Origin: Mytilus californianus
Lineage: Eukaryota
Assembly: GCF_021869535.1 (NCBI RefSeq)
Contig: NW_026262659.1
Span: forward strand, 2,418,001 to 2,482,000
Reading direction: 5' to 3'
DNA length: 64,000 nt
The notes under the pieces: generated by a model
Seen by the model: the letters and a program-made list of their open reading frames with translations, nothing else
What the model was told of the DNA's origin: nothing
Database searches by the model: none
Shown here: positions 14,101 through 25,239 of the stretch, piece by piece
Position numbering within the stretch: the stretch's first letter is position 1
Layout of the letters: each line of letters opens with the position of its first letter
Translations under genes and position numbers: made by a program

Positions 14101-14781
14101 AGGGGCACTAGCTACGAGATATATAAAAAATCTAAAGTATGATTTTTTTTGTTCAATCATTTATAAAAGTGAAATAGTGAAATAATAATTCGCTTTTAGC
14201 AGCCAGTATGGTTCAATTTTGTCAAATTAGGCTAAGAAACATTGATTATGAATTATTCACTTGCAAGTGAATAATTCGACCTCATTGAATCCATATTCAT
14301 GTGAACTTCAATTTAACGCCTAACCTAGAGATGGATAACGCATTAAGCTTGCGTGTTAGGTAATTTAAAGGGAAAGAATGTAAACATTGAAAGTGAAACA
14401 AAGGTAAATCATTTGATTGACTGATTCGATCCACAAAAAATCATTCTTGTACAGGTGAAAACGATGATTAACATATATTTTTAATCTATAATATGAAAAT
14501 AAACAGACCTAGAAAAACCCAATTGCACGAGTTTGGTTTCTATTTATATCTATATTTATGTTTATATCGCTTATATGACTATCTGAGGTCTTCGGAGGTC
14601 AACTCGATAGTTAATTAGATGGTGTCAAGACAAAAATACACACGAAACGAAGCTACATATTATCTAGCCCATGCCCTGTAAATTGTTTATTTTAGACTTT
14701 TTATAATTTGGATTTGGTTATAAATCAAATATGAGAATTTGGGTCAAATCGGTGAACATGAATTTGACAGTTAGTGCCCCT
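14101..14781. mobile_element. Non-autonomous Kolobok-like DNA transposon, copy 1
   Basis: TTAA|AGGGGCACTA...TAGTGCCCCT|TTAA. A TTAA TSD with RR..YY termini fits Kolobok. Confidence 0.8.
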
Positions 14782-15416
14782 TTAACTAATATATATGTGT
14801 ACTATAATTTCTCAATAAAGACTAATCACCTTCAGAAATAGTCACTAGAACCAACAATAACAGTCTTCTATGCCATAGGTTCATCATTCAAAATTTAACA
14901 ACTGTCATGACTTTAAATCTTCTTTATACCTACAAATACACATCAATAATAATATAAACACATAAATATTAGCTTTATAAATATTTATAGTCTAAGAGCA
15001 CAAAAATCAAAGAATTCGTTTATCTCCCCTACAATTAAGAATATTTTGCTATGATTATTCTCATGACTGTACATAATCTGTAGACACATCACAATTTCAA
15101 GAAGCAAGAAAAGTTTGTTTATTTATGACAATGTTTTGTTCTTGTGACTCATTGTTTTTAAATGTATAAATGGTAGCAATGATCAGCGCCCCTCATGGGC
15201 CTTGATTTGTGAATAGAAAATATATCTATCTTTTCGTCTATCTAACTATGATGACTATAGCTATAACATAGGCTAAGAAAACAGTCAAAGAAAAGTGAAC
15301 ATTTGACTGAAGTCAAATTGATTTTAGATTAATAAACAGTCATTAACAGTTTGAGTGAAGTATTTTTTTATTGTATGATGGCTGTCACATTCAACCATTT
15401 GTCTTGTCACCAATAA

Positions 15417-15621
15417 TGAGGGTGGTAAAGGGTTATTTTCGTGCAACATGTTTTGCCATTTTTATTTCACGTGCAGCTGTGAAAAAGGTTCGTTATTCAC
15501 CGTGTTTCGTGAAATCGTTAAAAAGATCAACGTGCAAGATATTTTTAATTGTTCGTTCATCGTGAAATGGCAATTTTATTTCGCGTTCTTCCGTGCAGAT
15601 ACCCCCCCTTTACACCCCTCA
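15417..15621. mobile_element. Small MITE (TGAGGG...CCCTCA TIRs)
   Basis: TIRs TGAGGGTGGTAAAGGG and CCCTTTACACCCCTCA, flanked by duplicated ATAA (or AATAAT if the termini are GAG..CTC). An internally deleted inverted copy lies at 36554-36666. Confidence 0.75.
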
Positions 15622-15834
15622 ATAATATATATGTGTTGTTTATTGCTTTATATTTATGTTACTACTCTAGGTTTTCTATTTTTATTTGTTTTTTTCTTAA
15701 ATAATCATGATAATTGTCCTATGATATATGATACTTGAATTGGAGAAAATAAAATTGAATTTGAATATACTGTATTTATTATCATGCATCTGATTCTAAT
15801 TTCTTGGGTATTTCCTGAGAGAAATTTAAGTTAA

Positions 15835-16532
15835 AGGGGCAATAGCTGTCAAATTCATGTTCACCGATTTGACTCAAATTCTCATATTTGAATTATAACA
15901 ATGTAAAACATTTATCCAAACTATTAAAAGTCTAAAATAAACAGTTAACAGGACATGTGCATGATAACACGTAGCTTCGTTTCGTGTGTATTTTAGTCTA
16001 GACGCCATCTAATTAACTATCGAGGTGACCTCCAAAGTCATCAGATGACCATATAAGCGATGTAAACATAAATAAAGATATAAATAGATTTTAAGCGAAC
16101 TCATGCTATTGGATTTTTCTAGGTCTGTTTAATTTCATATTATAGATTAAAAATATATGTTTATCATCTTTTTTACCTGTATAAGAATGATTTTTTGTGG
16201 ATCGGATAGTCAATCAAATGATTTACCTTTGTTTCACTTTCAATAATGACATTCTTTTCCTTTAAATAACTTTACACATACAATTCACGTATTATCCATC
16301 TCTAGCAAAGGGGTTAAATTGAAGTTCACATGAAAACAGATTCAATGAGGTTGAATTATTCATTTGCAAGTGAATAATTCATCATCAATGTTTCTTAGCT
16401 TATTTTGACAAAATTGAACCATACTGATGGCTAAAAGCGAATAATTGTTTCACTATTTCACTTTCATTAATGATTGAACAAAAAAAAATCATAAGTATTA
16501 GATTTTTTATATATCTCGTAGCTAGTGCCCCT
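15835..16532. mobile_element. Non-autonomous Kolobok-like DNA transposon, copy 2, inverted relative to copy 1
   Basis: TTAA|AGGGGCAATAG...CTAGTGCCCCT|TTAA; the interior is the reverse complement of 14101-14781. Confidence 0.8.
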
Positions 16533-16999
16533 TTAAGTTTAAAATTGGAATATTAGTGTTCAATGAAATACATTTTCAAATTGCTATGTTAGCTAATGTT
16601 TGTAGATTTTGTCAATCAGGTATGATACCATTCTAATAGAATAATTAACTTTTTTAAATGTTCAAGTTGTATATTGTGTCAAACTTTCAATTTGAATTAT
16701 AGATTTTTCCACAACATTTTCTATATTTATAGCAGCTCTATTTCTCTGTTTTGCTTACAAGGATCTGACAACACTCCGTTTTACTTTCAGTTCTAGTAAT
16801 TATTACATCAGCCAATGCACATAAGCTCTTTGAGCTTTTATAACCGACAAATACATACATTTACACAATAAATATACACAATACTGATATTAAAGCATAA
16901 AAGACATAAAACATATATATTTCATGCAAGTTAGGCAAGACTGAACTAATTTATATACTACTATATTACATGCATACATGAGCACTAAGCTAAAAGCAG

Positions 17000-18560
17000 C
17001 AACATAAAACACTAAAGCTCAGCAATCATAAATTAAAAGAGACTAAGAAAATAAAATACAAAAAGAGTGGAAGTATATAATAAGCAGCACTACTATGTTT
17101 CAAAGCTGTAACATAAAACATAAAAATAAATAAATAGCACATGTATTGCAATGGCATGAGTTGCCATTCCATGAGTTTATTAGACTCTTGAATTGAGTAA
17201 AAGATGTTTCAGTTCTAAAGTGGTTTGGCAACTCATTCCATGGTTTGGCTGCAAAATACCTGAATGATTTCAAGCCATACCTTGTAGTTCTAACTGCAGG
17301 CATTTCAGCTAAGTTTTGATATCTGAAATAAAATTGAGAATGGAAATTGGGAATGTGTCAAAGAGACAACAACCCGACAAAAGGGCAGAAAAAGCCTAAG
17401 GCCACCAATTGGTCTTCAACACAGCGAGAAAATCCCGCACCCAGAGGCCGGCTTCAGCCCAGGCCCCTAAACAAAATGTGTACTAGTTCAGTGAAAATGG
17501 ACGTCACACTAAACTCCAAAACGTATAAATGAACTAAAATTAAAAAACATACAAGACTAACAAAGGCCAGAGTCTCCTGACTTGGGACAGGCGCAAAAAT
17601 GTGGCAGGGTTAAAAGAATATTTTCTTTAATATGTATAAGATCATGTAGGTATAATGGATTTTCTTTATTTACTGTTCTAAATACCTCTATTGCCATGAG
17701 TCTTGGGCATCTTACTTTAAGAGATAGCATTTTTTATTTCAAAAGTACATTTTTTTTTTGTAAATCATCATATGTGTTGTTCTGAGTAATCCTTGTATAT
17801 GAAGCTAAGTGCTCTTTCTTCTATTTTTTTCAATTTTAGTAGTGTTTGCCTGGCTGCAGAAATGCAAGGATAATGAGCAGAAATTAAAGTTGGACATAAT
17901 AAGGAGTGATAAATTGTTAATTTTCCCAGTTTGTTCAAGTATTTGCCAAGTCTTTTTTTAAAGACATTAAGTTGTCTAGATGCTTTTATGCAGATGTTGG
18001 AGATATGTGTGTTAAAATTTAGTTCAAAGTCAATAGTGAGATCGATGCCTAATTATAGTTTGACCTCTTTCTCACATTTTATTTTGTTAAATGTAATGTT
18101 TTTGTCCATTGTTTTTTGGCCAATTGCCGAAGCTTGAAATTTTTCAGGGTTTGCCTTCATAAAATTGATTGGAAAAGAACCAGTCTATCAGACATGTCAG
18201 AGCCATACTGCCTTTTTCAAGTTTAGAATAAACTAATTTTGATCAAGTGCTATTTTCCAGTCCTAAATGATTCGGAGTAGAGTAGTTTGACATCCGTATT
18301 TTGGTCAAAAAGCAGATAAGTATGGGTGAAAGTGTGTATTGAAGTATTCAACTAGCTGGTTGTGAAATGTTCTTTTGAAAAATAGTGAAGTATAATAATT
18401 ACTGGTCTCTAGTTGCCTACGTACATCAAGTACATTTTTCTTTTTGTGCAATGGTACAACTTGTGCCTGTTTTTGTTGGTCTAGAAAAGCAGCTGATTTT
18501 ATAGTCTGTTTTGTTAAGTTGTTAATAAAAAAAAGCTTAATTATAATAATAAAATACATG
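17000..18560 (-). mobile_element. Decayed non-LTR retrotransposon (CR1/L2-like RT 3' half) interrupted by a dispersed repeat at ~17330-17612
   Basis: RT-like fragments AAFLDQQKQAQVVPLHKK..NY..QLVEYFNTHFHPYLSAF and the typical C-terminal VRTTRYGLKSFRYFAAKPWNELP..FKSLINSW..CHC; many stops and frameshifts. Confidence 0.75.
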
Positions 18561-18990
18561 AACTTTAAGTCCAAATGTTTATGAGGTCTTAAAAGCCTAA
18601 TATAATGTTTTGCTGAGACGCATAGATCTATTATTTGCAAGAATTCTGATAGTGTTAAATCAAATTAATAAAATTTACTTTTACCCGCCTGTGGCAATAC
18701 ACATCCTGAAATATTATGTCAGTTAGAAAAGATATTATGACAGTGAAAATAAGACTAAATTTAAACTTCTATGACCTTTGGTGTCTTAAACTTGTGCAGT
18801 GCACATGTTGAAGCTGTCCTATTAAACTTATATAATATCAATATATTATGTCTCACTCTCATCCAGGTTGAAGCAACTGTAAAAGCAGTGTGTAAAACAG
18901 AGGTAGTTTGAAAGTGAAAGTAGAAATCCGTATTTGTTTCTAAAATTAGATTTTTTAACCGGAAAAGTGTAGTTTCGTTTTGTGTGCAGC

Positions 18991-21900
18991 ATGTCTAAGA
19001 AGGAAAAAGATACCACGAAAATAACTCCTGCTGAAGTCGGTAGTCATCGTCTTGAAGTTGTAAGCTATTTTCTTAAGCACTCAACCAGCCGTTTTTCTTT
19101 CTTCTATAATCAAATAACAAAAGCTACATCGAATGTATGAGTTCAGAAAATTCAAAAAAGCACTGTCGATACGCTCTTAAAATGCTGTATTTTGATTTTG
19201 AATATGTCACTTGAGAGTCCTTTGGATCATTCAAATTTTAAATCTTGTGTGACCGGTTTCTTGTGTTAAAATCATATTGTCTCCTCGGGGACTTGAACCC
19301 GGGATCTTCATAACTCAGCAGCGCAGCAAGTAACGGAGGTCCCGGGTTCGAGCCGCTCTAACCGACTAGATTTTTCTCATTGTTGAAGGCCGAACGGTTG
19401 CATTTAATTGATAACATCAACTTCATTTGAACTTTTGTGGATAGTTATCTCATAGGCTTAATCATACCACATCTCCTTAATTTTACATAGAGCTAAACTT
19501 TTATATAAAAATAAGGAGATGTGGTATGATTCAACTTCATTTTCAACATCTTCATACGTTATAAAAAGTATATATATACATATATTGTACATTTCTTTTA
19601 ATATTCATTTATTTGTAAAAGAGGGACGAAAGATACCAGAGGGACAGTCAAACTCATAGATCGAAAACAAACTGATAACGCCATGGCCAAAAATAAAAAG
19701 ACAAACAGACAAATAATAGTACAGATGACACAACATAGAAAACTAAAGACTAAGCAACACGAACCCCACCAAAAACTGGGGGTGATCTCAGGTGCTTCAG
19801 GAGGGTAAGCAGTAAATGTGCATGTACTGGAGAAGACATTTTTAAGTTGTAAAACTTGTGTCTCATCCATTTGTTTAGTTTCTGAACAATAAAATATGTT
19901 CAAAATAGATAATTCTATTTTAAATTACTTTAGATAGAAACACCAGGAGAAGAAGACGAAACATGTAAAACATTTGTATTCCATAATGAAGACCACACAC
20001 TGGGAAATTCTCTGCGTTATATTATAATGAAAAAGTGAGTACTCTGAGAAATAATGAAGATTATAATAAAAACAAAACCAAATAGATGTACATTGTACAA
20101 TTGGTAAAGCTTTTTAGTTTATCTTTACAAAAATTTTTGTTACAGTGATGATGACTGATTTATTGATGTAAATAGATAAAGGAAGATGTGGTATGAGTGC
20201 CAATGAGACAACTCTCCATCCAAGTTACAGTTTATAAAAGTAAACCATTATAGGTCAAGGTACGGCCTTCAACACGGAACATTGGCTCACACCGAACAGC
20301 AAGCTGTAAAGGGCCCCAAAAAATTACTAGTGTAAAACCATTCAAACGGAAAAACCAACGGTCTAATCTATATAAAAACGAGAAACGAGAAACATGTATG
20401 AACTACATAAACAGACGACAACTACTGTAATCAGATTCCTATTTCTCCATTTTATCATACCTAATAATGCAAGCAAGTTTTATTAAAGGATGAAAACCTA
20501 AAAGCAAAACATATTATTATGGTAAGCAGGTAAGATCACAAGTGTATACTGTTATTGTTGTTATTCACCTTAAAAGTTGTCTGAGGGTCAACATAAAAAA
20601 GTCAGACATCAAGAAAAATTTCATTATCATTTTCTTTTAAGCTGATAGCATTTACTAGTCTTAATATTTAGACATCATTTTTGTTTCACTTAATATGCTT
20701 GATAATGGCATGTTGTTTTTTTTGCAGTCCTGATGTAAAGTTTTGTGGATACAGTGTCCCGCATCCCTCAGAACATAAAATCAATTTCCGTGTTCAGACC
20801 TACGGTGAGTATCATCATATGTAATAAAGTATGTGAAATATCAACTATGATAAAGATTTGATGCATATTTTCTCAACTCATTTTAATCATTGTTTTTCGT
20901 ATATGTTAACCACAGATTTCCCCACGTCATATTTTTGCTTCTTATGCAGTTTTAATTGGAGAGCTACATCAGCCCTCACATGCAAAATTCGTGTTTACCT
21001 ACTGGTACTTCTGCTGTGGCAAGACTTACTTGATCTGAAACTAACCTTACCCTTTATAAATCAGCACAGCTTTCAGACGAAATAAACCCATTTTAACATT
21101 AAAATGACGTCCTATATAATGACATCTTTTGCTAGAAACAATACTTCTTGGTTGACTAGATGGGTTAACAGGAATTATTGGAACTTTTAAAAAATGCCAA
21201 AATAAACCAACCAAGAACAAACAAACAAAAACAAAAGATGAATCAATAAAATTTAATGAATAAATAGTTTTCATTCCATTTTTATTCCATTTCCTCGTAA
21301 CAATTTCATAAGCTTAATATTTGATAAATAGATCATTACGTAGCATTTTCCATATCAACCCTAGTATCATCCATTGACCCATGTCAGGACCATAGGTTAA
21401 AGCCCTCAGTCCAGTATGGGAGTCTTAGGCTGATATGGAAAATGCCATGTAATAATCTATAATATAAAAATAAGGAGATGAGATATGATTGCCAATGAGA
21501 CAACTATCCACCAAGTTCCAAATTATGTGGATGTAAGCAATTATAGGCAACCGTACGGCCTTCAACAATAAGAAAAAGTATGGTTATCTGTTGCAATTTT
21601 TTGAAATAAACATGGATCAATGATAATGGAATTCTAGTATCTATTCAGTTATAATGGACATGAGGAAAAGTTTTTGTTTTTGACATCTTTATTTCCTTTA
21701 TATTTCACAGGGAAACCAGCAGTAGATATTCTAAAGAAAGGTTTAAAAGATTTAAATGGTGCATGTGAACATGTGTTACGGACTTTTGAGGTAAGATACT
21801 TTCTTGGGAACAAGTATTTACTTACAAATTAGATAATGTTGTCATCATCTTAAACTAAACTTAACTGCATTACATAGATAAAAGTGGTTTGATTCCTGTT

Positions 21901-23685
21901 ATTTATAGACCAATTATTTCTTATGTACAGATATCTAAGGGGCTTGTAATTTTTTAGATGTATAGATACCTCAACAGACAAGTTATTGCCTTATGTAAAT
22001 ATACCGCAATAATAGAAATGAATACATGTATTGAAAATCAATTATCTTGAAACTTTACCAAACTAAATCTCTTAACCAATCGAAGTATTCCATCTCCTGT
22101 ATAAATTGTAAGTCACAATTAAGCCTTAAGATAAACTCTTCCAATTTCCTAATGTCTGGTATTTTTGTATTTAATAAACCATTTGCCAAGTTTATACTGA
22201 TACTGCTTCAAGGTATAAAGAGTAGTCTATTCACATATTGCGTTCTCACTGATTTTATACCCACATCTCTTTGTTCGTATGTATGAATCTATAACCTAGA
22301 TTGAATAGTAAACCTACAAGAAATAAGATGAATGAAAATATTTAGTACTAGCTAAACATTTTAAATCTAACAATTCTAATGTATATTTACAAAATAAATT
22401 GCATGGAAAAACATGGAAAAATTGGGGACTAACAGCTGTTTGACGATTTGAAATTGAGTTATCTCCCTTTTCATATCAATATAAAAATTAAAACTTGAGG
22501 GAGGGATAAGATACAAAGACTAATGTGTAGAATTTGTATTGAATCATGCAAAGCAGCTGTAGCCCCAAGGGGGTGAACCTTTGTTGCCAGTACAAATTAA
22601 ACCTTAAGCTAAACTTCTGTCTGTCTATCTCTGCTAATTGTGTTTGAGCATCCTTAAGAACATTAAAAGTATGAAATTATCTTGTTTAACAATGTGAAGA
22701 AATAAAAGTGGTTTGATTCCTGTTACAAAAAACGCATTTACTGGACATGTAAAGAAATTATTAAAGCCATTAGTATTTTTGTTTGTATAAGATACACCCA
22801 TAAGGATGTTGGGAGATATTTTAGCTTATCTTATGGTAAAGCATGATAAAAGCAGGATATCCAACTACATTTAATAACATCATGATGTATGATATTATTC
22901 ATTCACTTTAATAACATTTGAAAATTACGCAATAACTAGAATTTCAGACTAGGAACAATAAAGTCTGTTTTCAAGAATAATACATTGTACTAAACTTTAT
23001 TTATTTTTGATTTGGAAATAACTTATTGAAAAAAAATATAAGCTATTATGTTGATGCCTTTAACACAACATTAAAAAACATTAAAGAAAATCTATGAAGG
23101 GCCCTGGTGCACTACTCAAAATCATAACTGTTATTGCATTGTCCTTATAAATTCAACAAATTCATATTACCTTCAATAAAGCTATGCCAACCATAGTATA
23201 CATAGACATGAAAGACAGCCACTGTTTTGATAGCACAGAGTAAATAAGTCATGACTTTATTTTTAGGCTAACACAGTTGGCATAAAATGTATCTTCCCTT
23301 AGGTGCTCTGACAAATACAATATATTCAAATGTTATGAGATATATAAAACACATCAGTATTATACAATAATATTAGTCTTATTTTGCTAACTTTAGAGAA
23401 ATAGAGTCAATAGTTGTAGTTAAAGTTACTTTGACAGCTCCATGTTGTACACTTTTGATTGATCAGTTCAAAAAAAAAAGAAACAAAGGATAAAAAAGAA
23501 TCTACAAATGAATCATTATTTCATGGAAATTTTCAGCTTCATTTTAAAAGATTTTACTGTTGTGCAGCCATGTTTGTTTAAAGTTTTCTTTTTCCATTGA
23601 CAATTCCATTTATTTGTTTTTTTTTCAGAATAGTGTGTCTGAGTTTAAGAACAGGAATACATCTTCTGAGATGGACACAAGCTGA
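18991..23685 (+). CDS. POLR1D: DNA-directed RNA polymerases I and III subunit RPAC2 (AC19), join(18991-19059,19934-20034,20728-20804,21711-21790,23629-23685)
   Basis: Five GT-AG exons in phase give [103 protein letters not shown], containing the RPB11/AC19 signature EDHTLGN. AATAAA at ~23742. Confidence 0.96.
19268..19367 (-). ncRNA. tRNA-derived element with A/B-box-like motifs in POLR1D intron 1; not a canonical tRNA gene
   Basis: Minus strand: AGTCGGTTAGAGC (A-box-like, 19367-19355), GGTTCAAGTCC (B box, 19299-19289) and TTTT at 19271-19268. A second B box GGTTCGAGCC lies on the plus strand at 19345-19354. No complete cloverleaf can be folded. Confidence 0.5.
20180..20440 (+). repeat. Dispersed SINE-like repeat in POLR1D intron 2
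   Basis: Near-identical to 3697-3962. Confidence 0.8.
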
Positions 23686-24467
23686 GAAATGGATTGTTTA
23701 AAAAAAATCCTAGCAGATTCATGTGTGTATAAAGTTACACAATAAATATGGGTGTCTTTCTTAACAGTATTGAAGAATATAATGACAGATACATAGCATG
23801 TGCCACATAAATTTAATGTGAAATTGTTAGGAAAGTCAGATAACTCTGTTCATGGTGTTATATGTTTATGTATGTATACATTCATATGATGGAGTTGTCA
23901 TTAAATTGTTTTAAAGAAAAACTAAAAAATTTAGATTCACCACATGTTTATGTTTCATTTGATTTGCCTAATTAATGTATTGTCATCTGTAGTTATAATT
24001 TTTCATTGGATTACCATTGCAGTCCATCCAGTGAATTTTTGACTATTGAAACAACTACAAGATTGTCAGTCAGAGCTCAGACATGAATAAATCAAATTTT
24101 TCTTTTGACTCGATATTGGTCTAAATTTGCATGTTTCATGGGTTGTCTCTCTTTGTTTAAAATAAAACAAAAATGATATCAACAAGTCAATTAATGTCAA
24201 TAGGTTAATTAGAAATTAACTGATATTCCTTTTACATTAAAGTTAGATAGAAGATGAAAGGGAAGTGATTGGGACAATTTATGTGTTTCTTATTGTATTT
24301 CATTTCCACTTGTTCTTTCCAGAGAAGTACTGTGACTTCATTCATAGCCAGGGGTCTCTGTGTTGTTGGTAATTGGTTGATATAGATTCAAATAAAAATC
24401 ATAATGTCTAGTTATGTTACTATTACTGTCACATAACGAAAATTCTGTTATTCACAAAGAACAGTTG

Positions 24468-24512
24468 CACTGTTGACAAGCGGATGTTACCATCATCCGC
24501 TTGTCAACAGTG
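24468..24512. mobile_element. 45-bp perfect hairpin with CAC..GTG termini and a 5-bp TSD (minimal Transib-type footprint?)
   Basis: AGTTG|CACTGTTGACAAGCGGATG-ttaccat-CATCCGCTTGTCAACAGTG|AGTTG: 19-bp perfect stem with identical 5-bp flanks. Confidence 0.55.
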
Positions 24513-25239
24513 AGTTGCCTGATATGGTTATAGAACACCATCATCTAGCAATGCTATATTGTGAGTTTTTGAATATGCTTTTGAAATCTGTTAGGATAAA
24601 GATGTAAACTAGGGATGTCTGGATTTTTTTTCATTAAAGTCTGCAGGATGAGATTCATCTTGTGGTATTTGATTGATTCTTCTCCTGAACAGCTCTACTA
24701 CGCAAAGAAAATGTTACAAACATTTTATTTAATTACTCCTCATAACAAAGATAGATCTTACAAAGTGTTGTGAAAATAAAGGACACCGGTTGTATAGAAT
24801 GTGTAGTCATTTTATCACTGACTGCTATGGAGGGTACAAGTTTTGTCGTTGAACAGGTTTCATAAGGTGTTGGTCCATATTTGTATGTTCAATGGTTTAC
24901 AACATTAATTAAAACTTTGCACAGTAATTTCACACATATTCAAGATGTGCACCTTCTATTTTAGACTTAAACAGATTTTTAACCGGATTTCCAAAGGAAA
25001 AATCTGTTATTGATTTGGGGATGTACCAAGGGCAGGGATCTGGGTGGGCAGCTGCCAAACAGTGTCCGTGCATTTACTCATGAACCTTTTCAAATTTTAA
25101 TATGTTGTTACTGATGACAAAATGAAGGTCAAAAATAATATTGACGATTTTCACTTTCATTGTTCAGGAGTTATGGTTCTTGAATGATTGAAAAATTGTG
25201 TTTCCAGTCATGTCTATGCTTTAAGTCACAGACTTTTCA

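Noticed and set aside
19281-19367. Functional tRNA gene
   Set aside because: No acceptor stem or anticodon arm can be formed; it is kept only as a tRNA-derived element.
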